This document shows positions 30,560-39,744 of a DNA stretch of 64,000 bases, in pieces. This DNA is from a virus. The position numbers were made by a program, and so were the translations under genes. The notes under the pieces were generated by a model, which searched no databases, was not told the origin of the DNA, and saw nothing but the letters and a program-made list of their open reading frames with translations. The stretch lies in IMG/VR virus record IMGVR_UViG_3300042691_034899, positions 16,849 through 80,848 of that record. One strand, given 5' to 3'. Each line of letters begins with the position of its first letter. Positions within the stretch are counted from its first letter, which is position 1.

Positions 30560-30608
30560 CCACAGAGTATCATCAATGACACTTTGTTAACCTTTAAATC
30601 AGAATAAA

Positions 30609-30752
30609 ATGGAAATAGCAATAGGAATATTGATTGTAATGATGGTAATGTTGATGATATGGGGTGTAAAACTCCATTTACAAATTAAAAATAAGCTAGA
30701 ACAGTTAAAAGATTTTGACACATGGAAAGAGTGGAAAAACAAACAGCAGTAG
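30609..30752 (+). CDS. 47-aa TM microprotein
   Basis: Hand translation MEIAIGILIVMMVMLMIWGVKLHLQ...DFDTWKEWKNKQQ*; starts at a repeat ATG. Confidence 0.6.
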   Translation: MEIAIGILIVMMVMLMIWGVKLHLQIKNKLEQLKDFDTWKEWKNKQQ

Positions 30753-30949
30753 AATGGTTGATAGAAATGTTGGTGCAAGAATGTGGATTAGATGACACTG
30801 GAGATTCAGCAATTTTTGTTATAGAACAAGCCAAAGCAATAGAAAAAGAAAATATAAAAAATGCATTCTTAGATGGCTTTAGTTCTTTAGCAAATAATAA
30901 ACATCAATACTCAGAAGATTACTACAATGAAACCTTTAAATCAGAATAA
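30722..30949 (+). CDS. QTAVEWL...TFKSE family small protein
   Basis: Blocks QTAVEWL, AKAIEKE, YYNETFKSE. Confidence 0.75.
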   Translation: MERVEKQTAVEWLIEMLVQECGLDDTGDSAIFVIEQAKAIEKENIKNAFLDGFSSLANNKHQYSEDYYNETFKSE

Positions 30950-30950
30950 G

Positions 30951-31669
30951 ATGACACAAGAGATGGATAAATTCCTTGACAAGCTAGATAAATTATGTTG
31001 GGAATATCACATTGAAATTAAACCCACACATCCAGTACCTAATGATGAACATCCAACTATATCCATTATAAATGGTGATGAAGTTGTAAAATTCTTATAC
31101 ATTGATGGAGAGGGGATAGGTAAATAAAATTTAAATCAGAATAAGATGACAGTACATTCTAAAAAATTTAGAGTAGTAGAGAACAGATATGCTTTTGGTA
31201 AATATCATGTCCTATATAAAAAAGGTTTCTTCTCCAGATGGAAGTACATAAGAGCTAGTCACATAGGCTTACTAGAAGATCCAAAGCATAATCCCATATG
31301 GTCTTGGACAAGTGAAGAAGCAGCTAGGGAGTTTATTAATAAAAATTTAGCTAAGGTATGTTACTAGAACAAATGAAAACGATAAAAGATAAGGTATTAC
31401 TTTTACTAGAAAAGAATCCTCATCTAAGAGACAGTGACTTTAAACTTATTGCAAACTATTACTTCTTTGAAGTAGGCCATGAAAAGATGGCAAAGCTATC
31501 TGCAATGGAGTTCCTTGATCTCTTTGCAAAAGGCTCTCTGTCTCATTCCGAAAGTATTAGAAGAGTCAGACAAAAGATTCAAGAAGACAATCCTCATCTA
31601 AGAGGAGAGAGTTATAAGATAAGAAAAAGTGACTCGAAAGTTGTAAGAAATAACATAAAAGATTTGTAA
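30951..31669 (+). CDS. Small hypothetical proteins (30951-31127, 31146-31367, 31358-31669)
   Basis: The first two start at junction-repeat ATGs. Confidence 0.6.
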
Positions 31670-31698
31670 TTAATCTGCAAATTTATTACATTTGTACC

Positions 31699-32277
31699 AT
31701 GAACAAATCAGAAAAACTAATACCCATAATCATTAATGCTAATGATGAAGGAAAGGCAATTAAGGCTCTTGTAGAAGTTGTAGAAACACTACATTTATCT
31801 CAAAACTATTTCCATTTAGTAGATCTAAAGGATAGGCTAAACGAGTTTAAACTTAAGTTTAAATCAATAACAGATAGATATAGACAGATACCAAGCCCCA
31901 GGCCATACAATTCTCTACATGAATTAAGAATGGAGCTGAGTTTCTTGTCTAGAGATTTCTCTGATGAATTAGCGTTTGAAGTTAACAAATCAAAGATATA
32001 CCACGAGGAACGTAAGACTGAAGCTAGGGCTACTGGAATGCTTGAGCTGGCTAGTGATGAGAGTTTTCAATCTAAAGTTAAGGCTTCATCGGCTTCTGCT
32101 CTAAGAGATCTAGTAGGTGCTTCAAGTGTTTATCAAGAATTTATATCACTAGCTTCTGTATCATACGGGCTTTATCAAGAGTTCCATAAAGTTGGAGATT
32201 CTATGAAATTATTCAATGATGCCTTAGCAAGTGAGTGTAGGGAAGTACAGTACCACGATATGAAAGATGCAAAATAA
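31699..32277 (+). CDS. Helical hypothetical protein, leaderless
   Basis: TTTG-N20-TACATTTG-TACC-ATG. Confidence 0.65.
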   Translation: MNKSEKLIPIIINANDEGKAIKALVEVVETLHLSQNYFHLVDLKDRLNEFKLKFKSITDRYRQIPSPRPYNSLHELRMELSFLSRDFSDELAFEVNKSKIYHEERKTEARATGMLELASDESFQSKVKASSASALRDLVGASSVYQEFISLASVSYGLYQEFHKVGDSMKLFNDALASECREVQYHDMKDAK

Positions 32278-32289
32278 AAACCAAACCAA

Positions 32290-33282
32290 ATGAAAGTTTT
32301 AAGTAAAATAGATAGTAAGCACTTTGTTGCTATCGACATCGAAACAGTTAGAATAGCTGAAACATTTTCTGAACTTCCTGAAGAATTTCAGGATGCATGG
32401 GAATACAAAAACAAACAAGATGGAGAGATTCCAACTCAAGAAGAATTAGCAGACCTTTGGAAAAGGACATCTAGCTTATACGCTGAGTTCTCAAAAGTAT
32501 GCGTAGTCAGTCTTGCATTTCTAGATAAGTCTGGAGAGAGTCTTATGTGTAAAAGCTTCTCAAATACCTCTGAGAAAGAATTACTTAAAGAGTTGTCAGA
32601 ATTTCTTGACAGAATTTCAAGTAGCAGCCCACATTACAGATTAATCGGGCACGCATCGAAGTTTTTTGATTACCCATTCCTTGGAAAGCGGTACATAATT
32701 AACCAACTTCCAATACCAAGAATACTTGATGATAGTGATAAAAAGCCATGGGAAACACTTAACACATGCACAAACACGCTATGGAAGTTAGGAGGAACTG
32801 GAGCTGGATCTTCACTACAAGCTTTATGCGTATCACTCAATATTCCTATATCTAAGGTTGATATGGTTGGAGATGAGGTTGGCCGAGAGTACTTTAAAGG
32901 TAATATAGAAGGTATAACAGATTACTGCAATAAAGATGCTATAGCTACATTTAATGTACTTAGAAGGTTTAAGTATGAGAATATCTTTACTTTTGATGAA
33001 GTTGTTTACTTAGATAATACCAAAGAAGAAGCAGCAGTAGAGTCTGGAAATGAGCTTCACAAGTTAGCTATTTCTAAAGAGTTTACTGATGATATTAAAG
33101 AAGCTCTAATAAATAGATTCAAAGGAAAGAAAGTCACTAAGAAAGAGTTGGATATGCTTCAGGATATGCTTGAGAATCTATACATAAACAATAAGATGTT
33201 TAAGAGTGATGCTCAACCAATTAAAGAAGCAAAGAGGGCTGAGGTTAAGGAGTTTATTAAAGTTTTAAAATCAAGTAAATGA
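32290..33282 (+). CDS. DEDDy 3'-5' exonuclease (PolB exonuclease-related)
   Basis: AIDIET (ExoI), GH...FDYPF (ExoII), YCNKD (ExoIII). Confidence 0.85.
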   Translation: MKVLSKIDSKHFVAIDIETVRIAETFSELPEEFQDAWEYKNKQDGEIPTQEELADLWKRTSSLYAEFSKVCVVSLAFLDKSGESLMCKSFSNTSEKELLKELSEFLDRISSSSPHYRLIGHASKFFDYPFLGKRYIINQLPIPRILDDSDKKPWETLNTCTNTLWKLGGTGAGSSLQALCVSLNIPISKVDMVGDEVGREYFKGNIEGITDYCNKDAIATFNVLRRFKYENIFTFDEVVYLDNTKEEAAVESGNELHKLAISKEFTDDIKEALINRFKGKKVTKKELDMLQDMLENLYINNKMFKSDAQPIKEAKRAEVKEFIKVLKSSK

Positions 33283-33995
33283 AGTCAAAAGTAGTTTTAC
33301 CAAGAGTTTATAATAATCCTAGTGGATCGGATAAATTCGAAAAATTTGTAGGCTTACCAAAAATAAGCTATAGCCAGATCGATAGTTGGAATAATCCTGA
33401 TTATAAAGGAGAGTACTTCGAAAGTTACTTCCTTGGGATAGGTGATTCTGGAAATATATTTACACACTTTGGAAGTCTAGTAGGAGAATGGTTTGAGAAA
33501 GGTCAAGATGAGTCTGGAGAATTATCTGAATCTGATATTGAAGTGCTATCTAGTATTGGAAGGCCAGCTAATTGTGAATACGAAAGAGAAGTAGTAATCG
33601 TAAGGCCTCTTGGATATGCCATTCAAGGATTTATCGATAGGGCAAGAACGATTGTAGATGAGTCTGATAAAAAGCAAATTGAAGTAATTGACTTTAAGAC
33701 TGGGAACATTGAAAAGAAATCAAGCTTCTATGGGGGAAATGACTACCAACAGACAACTTTATATACATTTGGTTTGATTGAAGAGGGTGAAGATGTCGTA
33801 TGGTCTGGAGTTGTTATGCTTGGGAGAAATGGGAATGGATCTGAGAAATCACCGCTTAGATTGAATGGAGATGTTTTAAGCATTGAAACGCCTTATTCAG
33901 AAGATAGAATTGATTTATTCTTTAACAAATGTGATAAGACTGTTGAGGAAATTAGTGAATACTATAAATTTTACAATAAATTTTTTGTAGATTAA
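33279..33995 (+). CDS. PD-(D/E)XK Cas4/RecB-like nuclease
   Basis: ISYSQI, GFIDR, VIDFKTG, QTTLY. Confidence 0.8.
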   Translation: MKSKVVLPRVYNNPSGSDKFEKFVGLPKISYSQIDSWNNPDYKGEYFESYFLGIGDSGNIFTHFGSLVGEWFEKGQDESGELSESDIEVLSSIGRPANCEYEREVVIVRPLGYAIQGFIDRARTIVDESDKKQIEVIDFKTGNIEKKSSFYGGNDYQQTTLYTFGLIEEGEDVVWSGVVMLGRNGNGSEKSPLRLNGDVLSIETPYSEDRIDLFFNKCDKTVEEISEYYKFYNKFFVD

Positions 33996-34028
33996 AAAAT
34001 AATAACTAAATTTGATAAAAATTAAAAT

Positions 34029-34460
34029 ATGGAAAATCAAGAACAAATGAGTCAAGAGCAATTGCAAGAGGCAATGCTACAAGAAAGAGCAGAAATGGAT
34101 CAAAAATATGATGAGCTTTTTGATCAATTAGAAAAAGGAGGTTACTTTAAACAAACCTACGGTAAAGATAGTAGGGTTACAATTCCAGGATCTATATTCA
34201 ATTCGTTTATTTACTTCTGCCACTTACAAGCAAAGCACTTACATTCAGTTCAAAGTGTATTAAATGTAATTCAACAAACAGTAACTGGTCTTGGGAACAA
34301 TGTATCAGATATGACAATCCGTTTAATGGAGCAGCATAAAGAAAATGTTGACGCTGGATACACAATTACAATGGATCAGATGGATGAGGAAGATGCTCAG
34401 GAAAATATTAAAGAGATCATCATTGATGAGAAGCCAAAACGTAAAAAACGCAAACAATAA
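34029..34460 (+). CDS. Hypothetical protein
   Basis: Promoter TTTG-N19-TAAATTTG (33984-34014); hairpin at 34491-34519 downstream. Confidence 0.65.
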   Translation: MENQEQMSQEQLQEAMLQERAEMDQKYDELFDQLEKGGYFKQTYGKDSRVTIPGSIFNSFIYFCHLQAKHLHSVQSVLNVIQQTVTGLGNNVSDMTIRLMEQHKENVDAGYTITMDQMDEEDAQENIKEIIIDEKPKRKKRKQ

Positions 34461-34524
34461 TAAGAAGCTATATTTTTCTTAGGTAAGTAAGGCTGCCTAC
34501 CAATTTGTGGGCAGCTTTTCATTT

Positions 34525-34598
34525 GGTCCCGTAGCTCAGCTGGATAGAGCAACTGCCTTCTAAGCAGTAGGTCACACGTTCGAATCGTGTCGGGATCA
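34525..34598 (+). tRNA. tRNA-Arg(UCU)
   Basis: GGTCCCG/CGGGATC acceptor stem, ACTGC-CTTCTAA-GCAGT anticodon arm, GTTCGAATC T-loop; CCA not encoded. Confidence 0.95.
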
Positions 34599-34690
34599 CA
34601 GCAGTTACTTGATGTCCTGTAGTACAGTAACAACCATTGGCATGTAGGGCATTGCACGAATGGTGGCGCAAGGTAAGATGTACTTGCAAC

Positions 34691-34759
34691 GGTGGAGTGC
34701 CGAAGACGTTATGAAACGATATGTGTGAGTGATCATGCATTGGGCTCAAATCTCCACCA
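34691..34759 (+). ncRNA. tRNA-sized non-tRNA structured RNA
   Basis: GGTGGAG/CTCCACC+A closing stem; CGTT-ATGA-AACG and ATGTGTGA-GTGA-TCATGCAT hairpins. Confidence 0.55.
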
Positions 34760-34764
34760 CTTTT

Positions 34765-34838
34765 GGATCTGTAACTCAGTTGGTTAGAGTGCAACACTCA
34801 TAATGTTGAAGTCCTTGGTTCGAGCCCAAGCCGATCCA
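34765..34838 (+). tRNA. tRNA with CAU anticodon (elongator Met or Ile2)
   Basis: GGATCTG/CCGATCC acceptor stem (one mismatch), CAACA-CTCATAA-TGTTG anticodon arm, GTTCGAGC T-loop. Confidence 0.9.
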
Positions 34839-34844
34839 CAAAAT

Positions 34845-35157
34845 ACCTACCACGCTTCTGGATTGTGGTGTCCATGGTCGAGCGTACCAGGGTAGGTCTT
34901 TTGCCCCACCAACAAAACGATGTTGGAATCCTCAAGTGATACTGTTACTTGAGTTTGAACCCCCCTGTGGATAGTATCTACAGGTCAAGTACCATCAGGC
35001 ATCCCAACGAACTGCTCACTTGTATGGTCTTTTCCGATACTGGGAAATTGGATTGCTGTAATATCTGGCTGACGAGCCACACTTACTCAACCATATAACC
35101 ATTATCATCCCCTAGTAAGACTGTCTGATCAACAGAAACTGCTAGGGTTTTTGTTTT
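34845..35157 (+). ncRNA. Hairpin-rich non-coding tract ending in a terminator-like stem
   Basis: At least six inverted repeats; final CCCTAGTA...TGCTAGGG followed by a T-run. Confidence 0.5.
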
Positions 35158-35188
35158 AATTATATATTTGATTTCAAATAATAAGTAT

Positions 35189-35707
35189 ATGAGTGTAGTA
35201 CGTTTTATTGCCGATTTACATTTTGGTCATGAGAATATGGCTAAGAAACGAAGCTTTGCATCAGCAGAAAAACATGATGAATTTATTGTTCATAAGTGGA
35301 ACAGTACTGTACACAAACGTGATCTTACCTATATACTAGGTGATGTTACAATGGAAAAGGCTAATTATTCTATACTCGATAGATTAAATGGTCGGAAAAT
35401 AGTCGTGGGCGGAAATCACGACAAACCTAATCATTCTCGTAAAATGCTAGAGCATGTTGATTATATTGCTGGTATGGTACAGTATAAAGGCCTCTTTTTA
35501 ACTCACTGTCCAGTTCATCCAATGGAGATGGATTATCGGATTAAATACAATATTCATGGTCACATACATGAGAAGTTAGTTGAACGTGATGTTAAGTTAT
35601 TTGGCATTACTATATTTAAACAAGTAGATCGTAGGTACATATGTGTATCATGCGAGCATGTTGATTACACACCAAAGACTCTAGCTGAGTTAGGTATAAA
35701 CAGATAA
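35189..35707 (+). CDS. Calcineurin-like metallophosphoesterase
   Basis: ADLHFGH, LGD, GNHD, THCP, HGHIH. Confidence 0.9.
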   Translation: MSVVRFIADLHFGHENMAKKRSFASAEKHDEFIVHKWNSTVHKRDLTYILGDVTMEKANYSILDRLNGRKIVVGGNHDKPNHSRKMLEHVDYIAGMVQYKGLFLTHCPVHPMEMDYRIKYNIHGHIHEKLVERDVKLFGITIFKQVDRRYICVSCEHVDYTPKTLAELGINR

Positions 35708-35711
35708 TGAA

Positions 35712-36512
35712 ATGAAAATAGAACAAGTTAAAATACCAATGGACATTATTCCACCTTCACGAGTAAAACTGGTAAAGAGTAACGGTGAAACACATTACGG
35801 AACTCAATTTAAATTTGTTGAGTGGAATGGTGATGAAATAGGTAGTCGAGCAAAGCAGATGCATGATGAGCCACAAATCGGTTACAGTGTTATAATTGAT
35901 CCACAATACCTATCGTTTACTTGGCTTACTACACCTATCACAGAAATTATCAGTGATACTTCTGATAACGGATCTCGAAGCATTCATTTTAAAACTAAGA
36001 ACTCAGAGTATAAATTACTTGTAGAGGAAGATGATATGGCTTTATGGGATAATACATTGTTGGACGGATTAGAAGATTTGTAATGGCAAAGATTAAGATA
36101 GAATGTGAAATAGAATTCAATGAAGACTCATGGTATAGTCATGCAGATGAAGAGGAATTAGAATGGTTTATTTCCGTTTTAAACGATAAAGAGAATACTA
36201 TGGTAATACTTCACTCAAATGATGTGGGTGATACTATTGGACAGACTAATAAATTTAAATGGAAAATACTTAAATCAGAATAAGATGAAAATAAAAGAAT
36301 GGTTATATGATGTTTGCTATGATAAGCATGGTCAATACTTATGGAATAAAGAAAAAGATGGTTCTCAAATGATAGGAGAAGTCAGAGGATGGGGAGCAAT
36401 ACAAAAGCTTTTTAAAACAGAAGAAGAAGCAAGTAAATTTCAAGATGAAGTAGGTGAATTTATAGCACAAGCTATTAGGGAAAAAGTTGAACGGGATTTT
36501 AAATCAGAATAG
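35712..36512 (+). CDS. Small hypothetical proteins (35712-36083, 36083-36283, 36285-36512)
   Basis: The last two end in KSE* encoded by junction repeat B. Confidence 0.6.
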
Positions 36513-36513
36513 T

Positions 36514-37203
36514 ATGAAAGTAATTGTCACAGCGATATCAGATACTCATACAAAACATAATCAAGTGTTTAAGGACTTACACAAGGGTCATATACTAATT
36601 CATGGAGGAGATTTTATGAATTCAGGGTACGAAGTTAATGAGGCATATGAATTCTTTGATTCTTTTGATTCAGTAAAAGGCTACACTCATAAGTTTCTTA
36701 TTGCTGGAAATCACGATAGAGCAATGGAGATTAATAATGAGAAGATGGTAGCACTACTAAACCATTTTTCATCAATTACCTATCTTCAGGATAAGTCTGT
36801 CTATATTGCTGATCTAGGTGTAAAGGTATATGGATCTCCTTGGCAGCCAGAGTTCTTTAGTTGGGCTTTTAATCTTCCAAGAAACGGTAAAGAGCTACAA
36901 GAAAAATGGGATGCAATACCAGAAGATACGGATATATTAATAACTCATGGGCCTCCATTTGGGTATCTGGACATTCCAGGAGGGCAAAGTATTAGGACTG
37001 GTTGTGAAATATTACGAGATAAAGTTGATAAGATTAAACCAAAAATTCATATCTTTGGACACATTCATGGAAGTGCAGGTTATCACTTTAATGGTCATAC
37101 CCATTTTATAAATGCAGCTGTACTAAATGAAAGGTACGTTTATACAAATCTTCCTCAAACATTTGAGTGGGATAATATTACAAATGAAGTAAAATTTTTA
37201 TAA
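36514..37203 (+). CDS. Metallophosphoesterase (MPPED/239FB-like)
   Basis: SDTH, HGGD, AGNHD, YGSPWQP, ITHGPP, FGHIH; start at a repeat ATG. Confidence 0.9.
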   Translation: MKVIVTAISDTHTKHNQVFKDLHKGHILIHGGDFMNSGYEVNEAYEFFDSFDSVKGYTHKFLIAGNHDRAMEINNEKMVALLNHFSSITYLQDKSVYIADLGVKVYGSPWQPEFFSWAFNLPRNGKELQEKWDAIPEDTDILITHGPPFGYLDIPGGQSIRTGCEILRDKVDKIKPKIHIFGHIHGSAGYHFNGHTHFINAAVLNERYVYTNLPQTFEWDNITNEVKFL

Positions 37204-37219
37204 CTTAAAAACAAACAAA

Positions 37220-39159
37220 ATGAAAAAGCTAATTTTAATTGCAACATTATCTATTAACCTTTTTAACTCTAACGCTCAATCTCAGCTAGGAGTAGTAACC
37301 GTATCAAAACAAGATAAGACTGTTCCAGTTGGTTATTGGTATGTAATGGACGATAGAAATTTAAAAAACCAAATGTTCTTCTACGATAAAACAGAAGACG
37401 TAATCAAAACTCTAACTGCAATGCTTGATGAGTATGATCAAAATTTTAACGCACCATTTGGAAAAGATTTAGAAGGAGATGATTACTGGATTATAACTCA
37501 TCCAACTGGTAATATTGTTTATCTATACTTTGTGACTGAGCCTGGATCAGAGTATTCATTCATAACATCGGCAACACGATGATAAACGAGATAATAGAAC
37601 AATACCAAGATGAGACATTCTTGAAGGCTGATGGTTTTGATGAGGCCATTATCGGAGTATGTGAAGACTTTAATGCCCCCGTTAGATTGATATATTCTGT
37701 CCAGAAATGTTTAGATATTCTAATGAAGGATATGTCATACGAAGAAGCATTAGAATATTTCAATTTCAATGTTAGTGGTGCTTATGTTGGTGAGAAAACC
37801 CCGATATGGTGTTGGGACAATTTTAAAAATTAATTATAATAAACATAAACAATGAAAATTAAATTCAGTAAAAAGAACCTAAACATTTGGGTGCTATCAG
37901 AAGAAGGGGATATTAAATTAATTAAAGTCCCAATCAAGAAAAGATTAGAGTTCATAAAGATGTTCATTGGAAAAAATGAAATACCAAAAGAGATGGATGT
38001 CATTAAGTGGCTAGTAAAAGATAAAGAAGGGTATTACATTTAAGTTATGGCAAAAGTTATATTAGAATTTGATCCCATAGAGGAAAGAGATGACATGGAA
38101 TGTGCTATCAATGGCTGGAAATGGAAGATGGTAGCATGGAACTTTGATCAACATCTTCGTAATGAATTAAAGTACAATGATCATAACTTAACTAAGGAGC
38201 AATATGATTTACTTGATAAAACAAGAGAAGCTTTTCGAGGTATGATATCAGAGGAAGGTTTAATATTTGATTGATATGTGGAGTAAACTAAAGTTATGGT
38301 GGCAATTTGAGGCCAGATGGTACTATAGAGATTTCATATTAGGAATTAAAAACCTATGGAAATGGTTTCCAACAATATGGAAAGATCGTGATTGGGATGA
38401 TCATTTTATCTTTGAAATTTTGAAAGTCAAGCTTGAGAATCAAGCAGCTTATATTGAAAAGAATGATAGACATGTAAGCGCAAAAAGAGATGCTGAACAG
38501 ATGAAGCTTTGTGTTAATCTAATTAAGCTTATCCAGGATGACTATTATAGAATGGAATACCTTGATTATTTTAAAGAAGACTACAAATTTATTCCAACAG
38601 ATGAAACTAAGAAGTGGTATACAGTAGAGACAACAGCTATTGAGGATAATTTAATCGAGTATTTTGCAAAGTACCCAAGGCAATACCGTAAAGTAGTCTC
38701 AGGAGAGATTGATTTCTTTAAAAAGGCAGAGAAGAATTCGCATGTAATAGCTCTCGAAATTGGTCTGCATAATCAAGAGAAGGCTAAGTGGTTACTATTC
38801 AAACTACTAAATAATAACATTGAAAACTGGTGGGAATAATGAAATTTAAAGTTGGAGACAAGGTAGTGTGCATTGATGATAATTTTGATACATCTAAACC
38901 TAATTTCGAAAAGATATTTCCAAATCTTCCAGTAAAAGATTCTGTATACACGATCAGAGAATACCAAGAGCCTTCAATCAAATTAGTTGAGGTTGTTAAT
39001 CCTACTTCATTAATTAATCTGGATGGTATTATAATAGAGGATGAGGGAGCATTTCATGAAAAAAGATTTGCACCAGTTTTGTCTAAGGGTATGAGTATCG
39101 AAGCGGAAATTTCTAAGATGATTAAGAAAAAGAAAAGTAAAAAATTAGTTGCCAGTTAA
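37220..39159 (+). CDS. Small hypothetical proteins, including a secreted protein (37220-37582)
   Basis: Signal peptide followed by Q in 37220; further ORFs at 37579, 37852, 38047, 38267, ~38839. Confidence 0.55.
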
Positions 39160-39200
39160 AATCTTTTAATTAGATTTGCTCAAATTTAAAAACCAAATAT

Positions 39201-39638
39201 ATGAATAATCAATTTATCTGTAAGGTCCGTTACACAAAGGATCTTGAAAACGGTACTCTTAAGAGAGTATCAGAATCTTTTCTTGTGCATGCATTCACAT
39301 TCGGTGGTGCTGAAGAAGAAATCTACAAACACTTAGGCGAAACTATTAAAGGAGAATTTATAGTTGAGGCTATTACAAAAGTTCAATTCATGGACATCTT
39401 TGAATCCGAAGATTTAGGTGATTACTTTGAGGTTAAGATCAAGCATACTTTGTCTGATGAGGACTCTGGAAAAGATAAGAAAACTGTATATACTTATCTA
39501 ACTTCCGCAAAAGATGCGAAGAAAGCTTACGATACTGTAATGGGTGAAGTATCTAGCTTACTATTTGAGCCTGAGGTATCTGTAGTTAAGGAATCAAAGA
39601 TTATGGAAGTGTTTCAGCCATCTGAAGTAGAAGCATAA
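39201..39638 (+). CDS. DUF4494-like protein
   Basis: F.CKVRY.K..ENG..K.VSE..LV.A.TF..AE pattern, duplicated architecture; TAGATTTG box at 39171. Confidence 0.75.
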   Translation: MNNQFICKVRYTKDLENGTLKRVSESFLVHAFTFGGAEEEIYKHLGETIKGEFIVEAITKVQFMDIFESEDLGDYFEVKIKHTLSDEDSGKDKKTVYTYLTSAKDAKKAYDTVMGEVSSLLFEPEVSVVKESKIMEVFQPSEVEA

Positions 39639-39744
39639 TTTTAAATGTTCTAATTTACTTGCAGGATTCATACCTTGTACGTATCTTTATAGTCCGACTT
39701 TTTTCTAAACGAAGTCGGATTTTTTAACCTTTAAACTTTAAAAA

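Larger units (their letters stand above)
30023..36516 (+). repeat. Gene-junction repeat family B: (AACC)TTTAAATCAGAATA(A/G)NATG, 7 dispersed copies
   Basis: 30023-30045, 30541-30559, 30589-30611, 30931-30953, 31130-31148, 36269-36287, 36498-36516. Confidence 0.9.

Noticed and set aside
30541-30607. CRISPR array
   Set aside because: Only two closely adjacent 19-bp repeats, non-palindromic; other copies are separated by whole genes; no cas1/cas2. The PD-(D/E)XK gene looks like an ordinary phage Cas4-like nuclease.
34397-34797. Minus-strand ORFs 34397-34657 and 34519-34797
   Set aside because: Antisense shadows of the tRNA genes.
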